Shown in pieces: positions 10,101 through 17,710 of a DNA stretch of 64,000 nt; position 1 is the stretch's first letter, and each line of letters starts with the position of its first letter. A program made the position numbers and the translations under genes. Location of the stretch: positions 3,156 through 67,155 of the forward strand of contig JAKUUI010000003.1 of the NCBI GenBank assembly GCA_022448485.1. The letters are read 5' to 3'. The DNA comes from SAR324 cluster bacterium. GTDB taxonomy: Bacteria; SAR324; NAC60-12. The notes below the pieces were generated by a model, which was given only the letters and a program-made list of their open reading frames with translations, searched no databases and was not told the origin of the DNA.

Positions 10101-11657
10101 AAAAATTTGTTTGAAATAATCGTAAAGCAACCGAGGTCTATCCGACAACACAGCCAGCGGTGTATCGTCACCCATTGAACCGGAAGCTTCTGTACCATTT
10201 GTCACCATTGGTGTCAATAATAGGTTAAGATCTTCAGTTGTGTAACCAAAAATCTTCTGCCGTAACAACAGTGATTCGAAATCAGTATCCGGAATTTTAG
10301 TTGGTTTTGGCAAATCTGACAATTCTATGACATTGTCTCTTATCCATTGTGAATAAGGTTGAGCACTACAAATTTTAGATTTCAGTTCTGCATCATCTAT
10401 TATCCGTCCCTCTTTGGTATCAACTAGAAACATCTTTCCAGGCTGTAAACGGCCTTTGTATTTTATATTTTCCGGAGCAACATCAACTGCCCCTACTTCT
10501 GACCCCATGATAACCAAATCATCTCTTGTTACGACATAACGAGAAGGGCGTAATCCATTGCGATCTAGAGTCGCTCCAATTTGAATTCCGTTTGAAAAAG
10601 TGATAGATGCAGGCCCATCCCATGGCTCCATCAAGTGTTCGTGGAATTCATAAAAAGCTTGTTTTTCTGGAGTCATCTCTGGATTATGCTCCCATGCTTC
10701 TGGAACCATCATCATCATAGCATGAGGAAGAGAATATCCTGATTGAATCAAGAATTCGAAAACATTGTCCATGCAGGCGGAATCGCTGCCTCTTGGTATA
10801 ATAATGGGCTGCAGCTCACTAATATCTTCATATAAAGGAGACTCTAAAGTCGCGCGCCTGCCCCGCATCCAGTTGATATTACCACGCAATGTGTTGATTT
10901 CTCCATTGTGAGCCAAGTTTCGGAAAGGCTGAACCAAATCCCAACGGGGAAAGGTATTAGTTGGGAAACGGGTGTGAATTAAAGCCAGTGCGCTAGTCAA
11001 TCTGGAATCCGACAAATCCGGAAAAAAGTCTCCCATTTGATGTGGAATCAACATACCTTTATACACAATTGTTCGCGAAGACATGCTGGTAATCATGAAA
11101 CCCTCAACATCTTTTAGTGACGAACGAATGGCTTTTCGGGTTACATACAATTTCCTTTCAAATCTATCCTGATTATAATTTTCTAACCTCCGATGCCCCA
11201 TGAATAACTGGCGCATAGTTGGCATCGCAGCAAGAGCCTGTTTACCCACGAATCCAAGATCGATCGGAACATCACGCCACCCCAGCAAATCCATCCCTTT
11301 TTCAACAATATGGCTTTCTATCACCTCCCCGCAATGCCTCCTGGCATAAGGATCCTGCGGAAAAAAAATTGAGGCTATTCCATACTCTCCGGATTCCGGC
11401 AAGTAAAATCCGGAACCTTGACATTCTTCAACAAAAAATTGATGGGGAATTTGAATCATAATTCCGGATCCGTCACCTGTGTCCCGATCTGCGCCAAGTG
11501 CTCCACGGTGATTCAGATTGCAGAGTAAACGCAGTCCTTGCTGCACTATTTGGTGAGATTGAAGGTTTTTAATCTGCACCACAAATCCCACGCCACAGTT
11601 ATCGTGCTCAAATTGGGGATCGTAAAGCCCCTGTTTTTCAGGAAATTGATACTTCAT
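7158..11657 (-). CDS. gltB: Glutamate synthase large subunit
   Basis: 1499 aa. The N-terminal amidotransferase Cys is in HDNCGVGF. The central FMN and Fe-S domains and the C-terminal GXGXG-type domain are all present. Confidence 0.95.
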   Translation of the reverse strand: MKYQFPEKQGLYDPQFEHDNCGVGFVVQIKNLQSHQIVQQGLRLLCNLNHRGALGADRDTGDGSGIMIQIPHQFFVEECQGSGFYLPESGEYGIASIFFPQDPYARRHCGEVIESHIVEKGMDLLGWRDVPIDLGFVGKQALAAMPTMRQLFMGHRRLENYNQDRFERKLYVTRKAIRSSLKDVEGFMITSMSSRTIVYKGMLIPHQMGDFFPDLSDSRLTSALALIHTRFPTNTFPRWDLVQPFRNLAHNGEINTLRGNINWMRGRRATLESPLYEDISELQPIIIPRGSDSACMDNVFEFLIQSGYSLPHAMMMMVPEAWEHNPEMTPEKQAFYEFHEHLMEPWDGPASITFSNGIQIGATLDRNGLRPSRYVVTRDDLVIMGSEVGAVDVAPENIKYKGRLQPGKMFLVDTKEGRIIDDAELKSKICSAQPYSQWIRDNVIELSDLPKPTKIPDTDFESLLLRQKIFGYTTEDLNLLLTPMVTNGTEASGSMGDDTPLAVLSDRPRLLYDYFKQIFAQVSNPPVDAIREELVMSLTSRLGPEKNILNPGPKHARMLKLLHPILSNEQLVQIKELDKKDFRSTTLRMLFEAESGTDGFSKALKQLCNEAESAVKSGSAILVLSDRGAGKDQAPIPALLAVGAVHHHLMLKRIRYKTGIVVETGEAREIAHFCLLVSYGAGAINPYLAFETFDQMIQQKALPKELTLEKANKNYYKAIRKGMYKVFSKMGISSIQSYRGAQIFEAIGLDEDLVQNYFTSTPSRISGIGLPEIAQETLLRHESALVEPPDTSVILSGGGFYNWRRRGEFHQINPVMTNTLQRAVRKNSLDAYDEFSRLVNDQAHRFSTPRSLIEFADGTPILLDEVEPAENIVKRFVTGAMSFGSISKESHETLAIAMNRIGARSNSGEGGEDSERFEKRANGDWPISNIKQVASGRFGVTIHYLVNCTEIQIKIAQGAKPGEGGQLPGEKVSEEIAKVRNSIPGVTLISPPPHHDIYSIEDLAQLIFDLKNANPKANVNVKLVAEAGVGTIAAGVAKAHADIITIAGHDGGTGASPLTSIKHAGVPWELGLSEAQQTLMLNHMRGRVRLQIDGQLKTGRDVAVAALLGAEEYGFATIPLIAIGCIMMRKCHLNTCPVGIATQNPELRKKFTGQPEHVINYFFFVAEELRKLMAELGFRRVDEMVGRTDMLKQRTNIKHWKAEKVNLSTILHQIPLGKGDTRFCTQKQDHGLDKQLDHKIIKESKIALQYEKAVNFSLPIFNVNRSVGTMLSSEIAKKYGAKALKDNTIHCKFLGSAGQSFGAFLAHGVTLELEGDANDYTGKGLSGGRLIIYPPKKSTFNADENILIGNTVLYGATGGEVFFCGIAGERFAVRNSGATAVVEGVGDHGCEYMTGGNVIVLGETGKNFAAGMSGGISYVLDENQKFESNCNSEMVTLENVSDTEEKLWLRKWIERHLEYTGSVRATQLLGKWDEVLLQFVKVMPIEYRAVLESLKNKAA

Positions 11658-12438
11658 AAAAATACGTCTGATTATTGATTCGGTAATGAACCTTTTACTC
11701 GCCCTTCCTACGAAAAATTGTATCCATAGTCCTGAATCGAGAGTGTTTCGTGTGCATGCCTAGGAAGTCCAGTCTTTATTTAGTGTTTTACTACTTTTGT
11801 TGAAACAGCTATTTTTGGATGCTGATAAAAGTATTAACATTGCTCCTAAACTCTTTATTCCCAGTTTTTACTTCCCCATGTAAAGCTCTGACAGCCCCCA
11901 TTTATTTCCTGTCCTCGACAGGCTATATACCTTCCAAAAGCTGTAAGTCTTGGCAGGTGTCTTCCGCAAGAAGCAGATAATTTTTATTTTCTCAACTTCC
12001 TTCAGCTGCTCCCCTTAACCACGAACACCCGCATTGTCAGTCTTTTATGCTAAGTCCACAACTCCTTTGACGAAGGCTTAGAGCTGTCATAACCCATCCC
12101 AAGCCGTATTTGTTAAAATCCAAAAAAGAGGCTGTAAAAAAAGAACCCAACCACTATAAAAACAATGGTCATAACAGTACAACCACCCCATTGTTTTGCG
12201 ACTGAACAGGTTTTATGTTTTCCTAATCTCTTATCAAGAAATTCTCGAAAAAGCTTACACTTCTTTGTAGCACTGATTATTATTTCGCTACAATAGGGGC
12301 CTTGCTATGTATCTTCAATTTCAATTCATTTTTTAATGCATATCCCCGCAGGAATGTAGCATAATAAACGATCCTAATCAAGTTTGTTTGATCCCGAGAC
12401 AACCGGGGACACCTGCAGTCAGTTCGTCAAACAGACCT

Positions 12439-14208
12439 TCAGTGCTCCAGTTCTGGTGTTTTGATACGGTTGATAATTTGCTGTTGGGCAATCGATAGGA
12501 TATTGCTTGTCACCCAATACAATGTCAAACCAGATGGAAAGGTAAAAGTGAAAATTGTAAAAATGAACGGTAGCATTTGCATGATTTTCGCCTGAGTGGA
12601 GTCCATCATCGCCGTTTGAGGTGTCATTTTTTGTTGAATGTACATAGACGCTCCCATCAGCAAAGGTGTGATTCCCAAGCCATCAGGTTGTGACAAGTCA
12701 CCTATCCAAAAGATAAAAGGTGCATGCCGCAATTCCACGGCACTTGAAAGTGAACTATACAGCGCAAAAAACACTGGGATCTGGAGCAGCAACGGCAAGC
12801 AACCACCAAGCGGATTGACCTTGTTTTTTCGGTACAGTTCCATCATTTCTTTGTTCAGCTTTTCTTTGTTGTTCTTGTACTTTTCCTGCAGTTTCTTCAT
12901 TCTTGGAGTCAACTGTTGCATTCGCTTCATGCTTTTCATGCCCTTGAAAGTCAGAGGGAACAAAACTATACGTACTATAATTGTCAAAATGATGATGGCA
13001 ACCCCGTAGTTTCCAACATAACCGAAAATCAGTCGAAGTAAATCCAGCAGTGGTCCAGCCAGTACTTCCAAGGTCATATCATGCGACATTACCAGTTTGT
13101 GCCCAAATTTCATTAACTCTTCATCTTCTTTCGGACCATAAAACATTCTAAAATCTGACTCAACGAGGAGGCTTGGCTGCAAATTCGTCGGTGGTAGAGC
13201 TACACCAAAATACGGAGACAATTTTCTCTCTCCCTGCTGATTTGGCTGGAGTTCAGATAAGTACGCTCCTGCCCGAAAAAAACCATTCCTCACCGGAGTC
13301 ATAGGAACTGCCGCACCAATAAAATATTGATCTTCCACACCTAACCATTTCATCTGAGTTACAGTAAGCTCATTTTCAATGTTCTCAGTACTTTCAGTTT
13401 GAAGACTTTCATCGAAAAAGAATACTGGACCTTCGTGAGAAACTTGTTGCATTCCGCCAGCGCTATCTGCAAGCCGCTGTTCTCCAAAAAAATAGAGTAC
13501 CTCCAAAGGGCGGATTTCATTGGAACGATTGATCAGCTGCACACGATAATTCAGTATATAGTTGTCTGGACTTGCTTCGAAAATCTTGACCAGCTGGAGC
13601 CCGTTTACTATGGGTGAAGTTAGAGTCAGTGTGACATTCCCTTCTCCTTCCTCCTGTACAACATGATCTTCGCTGCTAGCAAATACTGCATTGCGAAACA
13701 TGGCTGTAGTCTTTGTGTCACCTTTAAACTCATGAGCAAAAGCGGGTGCTTCCTCCAAATGATTCCCGAACATCTGTACACGGTTAGATTCTGTGATTTC
13801 GTCGCGAAAATCGGGACCAATAAAACTGGTCAGAAATGGAAACCAGGTACTCAAAGTGAGGCGGGGCTTTGTATGTTTAAAATGCTTTAACTGCAGACTT
13901 TTCCCAATTCCACCTCGAGTGTCTAAAACAAGACGGTAATTGTCTGTTTCAATGATTACTTCCTTGGAAGGCAAACTGCTGTCAACTTCCTTAATTGAAG
14001 ACAAAGGAGTAGCTGATGGAAGAATAGAATCTTCAACTTTTAGTTCATTCGATTCTGGTCTGATAGAATTTTTTGTCCTATCGGTTAGTTCCTGATCTAC
14101 GGTCTTTACTACTTCAGGCGGAAGCGGCTCCGGTGGAGGAAAAAGAGCATACCAGCCAACCATGATGGCACCAGAAAGAACTACTGCCAGTAAAGTGTTT
14201 TTATCCAT
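12439..14208 (-). CDS. yidC: Membrane protein insertase YidC (long form with periplasmic P1 domain)
   Basis: 589 aa. It has an N-terminal TM segment, a large periplasmic region and the C-terminal Oxa1-like core (GNYGVAIIILTIIVR...LPLLLQIPVFFALY). It lies downstream of yidD-rnpA-rpmH. Confidence 0.93.
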   Translation of the reverse strand: MDKNTLLAVVLSGAIMVGWYALFPPPEPLPPEVVKTVDQELTDRTKNSIRPESNELKVEDSILPSATPLSSIKEVDSSLPSKEVIIETDNYRLVLDTRGGIGKSLQLKHFKHTKPRLTLSTWFPFLTSFIGPDFRDEITESNRVQMFGNHLEEAPAFAHEFKGDTKTTAMFRNAVFASSEDHVVQEEGEGNVTLTLTSPIVNGLQLVKIFEASPDNYILNYRVQLINRSNEIRPLEVLYFFGEQRLADSAGGMQQVSHEGPVFFFDESLQTESTENIENELTVTQMKWLGVEDQYFIGAAVPMTPVRNGFFRAGAYLSELQPNQQGERKLSPYFGVALPPTNLQPSLLVESDFRMFYGPKEDEELMKFGHKLVMSHDMTLEVLAGPLLDLLRLIFGYVGNYGVAIIILTIIVRIVLFPLTFKGMKSMKRMQQLTPRMKKLQEKYKNNKEKLNKEMMELYRKNKVNPLGGCLPLLLQIPVFFALYSSLSSAVELRHAPFIFWIGDLSQPDGLGITPLLMGASMYIQQKMTPQTAMMDSTQAKIMQMLPFIFTIFTFTFPSGLTLYWVTSNILSIAQQQIINRIKTPELEH

Positions 14209-14312
14209 AAATTTTAATCTGGTGTTGATGAACTAGTAAAAGGTCAAAAAACCGCACTTATTTGTTGTTCCCGCAAAAGCTGGAATGACAACTTATTACG
14301 AGCTTGTCAGTG

Positions 14313-14666
14313 TTAGTTTCTTTCAGAAAGTTCCGCACAACCCGGAGGTTCAGAGAAAACATTCCCTGGAACCGGATCAACTCCTCCCGGATGCAACGGA
14401 TTGCATTTCAAGATCCGCCACAAGCTCAAATATGTTCCCCTCCATAAACCAAGAGTTTGATAGGATTCCAGAGCATATGCTGAACAGGTGGGGTAAAACC
14501 TGCAGGAAGCAGGTAAAAAAGGCGACACCCAAGATCTATACCACTTAATAAAGCCCACAATGTAACGACGGTAAATATTACTCTTTTCATTATCCAGAGA
14601 GATCTTGCAGGTAGTCCAAATTGTTGATGCTGCCGGAATTTGCATTGTGTCTGCCGGATCATTCAC
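14313..14666 (-). CDS. yidD: Membrane protein insertion efficiency factor YidD
   Basis: The core is YRSWVSPFLPASCRFYPTCSAYALESYQTLGLWRGTYLSLWRILKCNPLHPGG. The N-terminus is longer than usual, so the true start may be the internal ATG at 14645. It overlaps the rnpA stop by 8 nt. Confidence 0.85.
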   Translation of the reverse strand: MNDPADTMQIPAASTIWTTCKISLDNEKSNIYRRYIVGFIKWYRSWVSPFLPASCRFYPTCSAYALESYQTLGLWRGTYLSLWRILKCNPLHPGGVDPVPGNVFSEPPGCAELSERN

Positions 14667-15021
14667 TTGATTCCTTATTTAAGTTATTGAAAAATCGTCT
14701 GACCTGACGCAGGACATAAGATGAGTCCAAAGGGTGCTTTGGAGGGCTGGCTACAAAAAAACAAATGTCATATGCGTAATTCAACAGGGATCGTTCCTGA
14801 CGGATCGCCTCTCTTAACAAACGTTTGATACGATTACGACAAGTAGCACTCCCGGCCTTCTTCTTAACAGAGACTGCAAAACGGCTTGACTCTGCTTCCG
14901 CCATTTTATATTTGACACCAATCGGCCCCAAAGATAGATAAACACCCTTCTCAAACACTTCCCGAATAGTTCGGCTATGATGTAGCCTGACTGCTTTCGG
15001 AAAAGTTCTCCGCATGCTCAT
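14659..15021 (-). CDS. rnpA: Ribonuclease P protein component
   Basis: 120 aa and basic, with [11 protein letters not shown]. The gene sits between rpmH and yidD. Its start ATG overlaps the rpmH stop (ATGA). Confidence 0.88.
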   Translation of the reverse strand: MSMRRTFPKAVRLHHSRTIREVFEKGVYLSLGPIGVKYKMAEAESSRFAVSVKKKAGSATCRNRIKRLLREAIRQERSLLNYAYDICFFVASPPKHPLDSSYVLRQVRRFFNNLNKESSE

Positions 15022-15152
15022 GCACTAAGGCGTTTTCTACCTTTAGCTCGTCGACGCTTGATAACTCTGCGGCCTCCAGGTGTCGCCATGCGTGCCCGGA
15101 ATCCGTGTTTCTTTTTGCGGCGCCGATTGTTCGGCTGGAAAGTGCGTTTCAT
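15018..15152 (-). CDS. rpmH: 50S ribosomal protein L34
   Basis: Absent from the ORF track (under 60 aa). My translation of the minus strand from ATG 15152-15150 gives [44 protein letters not shown], with stop TGA at 15020-15018. This is the canonical L34 sequence. Confidence 0.95.
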   Translation of the reverse strand: MKRTFQPNNRRRKKKHGFRARMATPGGRRVIKRRRAKGRKRLSA

Positions 15153-15646
15153 TGTTATCTGTCTTTAAAATAAAAAAAGTATTATTAAAAATGTAATCGT
15201 TAATTCGAACCTATTTTTATCAAGAATACAAGCTTTAATGGTAATTAACTTTCACTTTACAAATAACAATAGTCCCGTCAAGGTTCAGTTTTTACGCTCC
15301 TGCGACAAATTTTTTGAGATAAACTACATCTGCACGTGTGCAAAATTAGCCCTCATGAATCATAACATCTGTCCATAATCAATCCTCCCCAGCGCTCCGT
15401 CACCTGCATTTGGGTTAGAACAGAGGCTACTATAGAAAAGATTGTTCTATCCTGAAACATTTCAGAATGACTCAATTTCTGACAATAAGACAATAGGGCA
15501 GTAAGGCACTGAGGCAAAAGACGCTGAGTATTCCAGGCAGAGATATCTACGTGCTTTGTAGCCTCAGTTCCTTCCCAGGCCGGTATGGTGTCGCATATTG
15601 GGCTGCAATGATCTGCATTTTGCTTTAACTACCTCAAAACAAATGC

Positions 15647-15673
15647 TAAAGAAAATTGCTCAGATTCCGATAT
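15647..15673 (+). promoter_or_regulatory. Second, weaker sigma-28-like promoter upstream of flagellin 1
   Basis: TAAA(15647-15650)-N15-TCCGATAT(15666-15673). The spacing matches the consensus, but the -10 element deviates at two positions. Confidence 0.3.
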
Positions 15674-15730
15674 AGGGAAGGACTGCACAAAATCCAGTTT
15701 ATTTATTGTGGTGCAGAAAAATATATTTGC

Positions 15731-15757
15731 TAAAGAAATATGTCTATCTGCCGATAA
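15731..15757 (+). promoter_or_regulatory. Sigma-28 (FliA) class-3 flagellar promoter of flagellin 1
   Basis: TAAAGAAA-N11-GCCGATAA, that is TAAA(15731-15734)-N15-GCCGATAA(15750-15757). It matches the TAAA-N15-GCCGATAA consensus exactly and lies 45 nt upstream of the ATG at 15802. Confidence 0.8.
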
Positions 15758-15801
15758 GAGGGCAAGAGAACCTTTACTAGGACACTTAAGAGTTAATAAT
15801 C

Positions 15802-17571
15802 ATGGCATTGCGAGTCAACTCAAATATTGCGGCATTGAACGCGCTGAGGCACCTGCAGCAGACAGAGCAGGAATTGGGGAAAAACCTGGAGCGCTTGTCT
15901 TCCGGCCGCAAGATCAATCATGCTGCTGACGGACCAGCATCGCTTGTGATTTCTGAACAGATGAAAACACAGATTTCAGGGCTCGGACAGGCAATTCGCA
16001 ATTCCGAATCATCCATTTCAATGATTCAGACCACAGAAGGTGCATTAAATGAGGTGAGTAACATTTTAATAAATTTACGTCAACTAGCTGTGCATGCTGC
16101 TAATGAGGGTACAAATGACGAAAAAATGCTCCAGGCAGACCAAAATGAGGTTAATAACTTAATCTCTACATTGAGAAATATCGCCAAGAACACTCAGTTT
16201 GGAACAAGAAATTTGCTTGACGGAAGTAATTCAGCTACTGGTGTTGCAATTGGAAACAATCTGGAATTTGTTTTTGCATCTGACGAGGCAAAATCTTCTC
16301 CGTCAAACGGATTTAAAGTTGATATCACACAGGTAGCAACTCGTCCGATGATGATTGCTACACGCCGGTTAAGTCTTGAAGATGTTTCATCATCAGATCC
16401 GAATAATGATTTTTCTTTTGTTATAAATGAAGGGGGTCGCACTGTTTCTGTGGATCTGAAAAACAACAATGATTTACGTGAGACAATCGAAAAATTGGCT
16501 ACCTCTGCAATAAGAAACGGAACTCCGGAAGCAAAGATAAGGACTGAACGTGCCATACAACAGTTGATTGCATTCGAAATGCAGAGACTGGCAGATGAAG
16601 CAAACATGGACCTGGACATTTTTGTTTATCGTCCTGCGGACAATTTGGGACCATTTCTCGAAAACTTCGATACCTTGAATGATACATTGACAGAAATTGC
16701 GAGAACGCTAGGGGCACTAGAAGAGATCAGCGATGTTCTTGGAAGCGCTGACGAGGTGATTGTGATGAGGCACCGTCAATTCGGGAGTGAGCCAAATTTC
16801 ACTGTTTCTTCAACTTTGGAAAACTATTTTGGCGAGAATATACAAGCAAACGAAGCTGTTTTTGCTATTCCGGGACGTGATGTGGAAGGCACAATAGGCG
16901 GATACCCTGAGGTTGACGGAGGAGGTGCAGCCATGGGCAAAGGGCAGTTTCTTACTGGAGCACCCGGCGCAGAAGCAGAGGGAGTCACGGTAAAATACGG
17001 TGAGACAACGGACGATGTAATTTACGAGATTGCTAACCGTTCTGATAATCGGGTATCAGGAACGTTCAAACTGGAGCAGAACAATGATAGCTTAGTTGGT
17101 GAAGATGTGGACGGATTTGTACATGTATCACAAAATTCTCTTGCTTTTCAAATTGGCCCGAATCAAGGACAACTAAGACGAATTTCAGTTGACAGCATGA
17201 GTCCGGAACAGCTCTCAAATGGAGTAGAAAATGACAGCAATTTTCATAGTTTGGCCGAAATTGATGTGCTGGACGCAGATGCAGCTCAAGATGCTTTGCT
17301 GTTGATTGATCAAGCTATTGATGATGTTTCCACTATGCGTGGAAATCTTGGTTCATTCCAGAAAAATGCTTTGGAAGCAAATTTACACGGCTTGCGTGTC
17401 TCAAAGGAAAACTTGACTGCTTCGGAATCTCAGTTAGCAGATACCGACATGGCACAAGAGATGAGTTCATTGGTCAAAAATCAAATATTGCTTGCTTCTG
17501 GAACAGCTATGCTGGCGCAAGCCAATCAGGTCCCGCAGTCCGTTATACAGTTGCTCAATGCAAACGGCTGA
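15802..17571 (+). CDS. fliC: Flagellin (589 aa, large variable central region)
   Basis: Conserved N-terminus (MALRVNSNIAALNALRHLQQTEQELGKNLERLSSGRKINHAADGPA) and C-terminus (DTDMAQEMSSLVKNQILLASGTAMLAQANQVPQSVIQLL), with about 350 aa of non-conserved central sequence. Confidence 0.93.
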   Translation: MALRVNSNIAALNALRHLQQTEQELGKNLERLSSGRKINHAADGPASLVISEQMKTQISGLGQAIRNSESSISMIQTTEGALNEVSNILINLRQLAVHAANEGTNDEKMLQADQNEVNNLISTLRNIAKNTQFGTRNLLDGSNSATGVAIGNNLEFVFASDEAKSSPSNGFKVDITQVATRPMMIATRRLSLEDVSSSDPNNDFSFVINEGGRTVSVDLKNNNDLRETIEKLATSAIRNGTPEAKIRTERAIQQLIAFEMQRLADEANMDLDIFVYRPADNLGPFLENFDTLNDTLTEIARTLGALEEISDVLGSADEVIVMRHRQFGSEPNFTVSSTLENYFGENIQANEAVFAIPGRDVEGTIGGYPEVDGGGAAMGKGQFLTGAPGAEAEGVTVKYGETTDDVIYEIANRSDNRVSGTFKLEQNNDSLVGEDVDGFVHVSQNSLAFQIGPNQGQLRRISVDSMSPEQLSNGVENDSNFHSLAEIDVLDADAAQDALLLIDQAIDDVSTMRGNLGSFQKNALEANLHGLRVSKENLTASESQLADTDMAQEMSSLVKNQILLASGTAMLAQANQVPQSVIQLLNANG

Positions 17572-17710
17572 TTGGAATGTTTTTTGAAATGATTTCTTGT
17601 TGCCTGTTCGCTTTGAACAAGCAAAACAGAAATCTATGGCATATCAGTTAGTTGACTAAAATCAACTAGGCAAATAACTGTCCTTTTTCCCGGAGATTCA
17701 TCCGGAGTCG

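Noticed and set aside
7217-11461. Track ORFs antisense to or out of frame within gltB (7217..7405, 8061..8480, 8699..8956, 8760..9014, 9844..10119, 11219..11461), and similar nested ORFs inside fliD, the flagellins, the FG-GAP gene, icmF, the Ldh_2 gene, gcdH, the M24 peptidase and the PKS genes
   Set aside because: Each lies entirely inside a long, well-supported gene. All have low-complexity or odd composition and no family resemblance, which is typical of shadow ORFs.
11871-11901. A tmRNA-like 5' end (GGGGGCTGTCAGAGC…ACATGGGG) on the minus strand upstream of gltB
   Set aside because: There is no tRNA-like T-arm or CCA end downstream and no tag-peptide reading frame. Too little sequence lies before the gltB start for a full tmRNA.
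14426-14662. Alternative-frame 78-aa ORF overlapping yidD
   Set aside because: The other frame (14313..14666) carries the unmistakable YidD motif, so this one is a shadow ORF.
15153-15801. A possible oriC in the 649-bp region upstream of rpmH
   Set aside because: No dnaA gene is adjacent. I found only weak 6-7 of 9 matches to the DnaA box TTATCCACA (for example TGTCCATAA) and no cluster of boxes.
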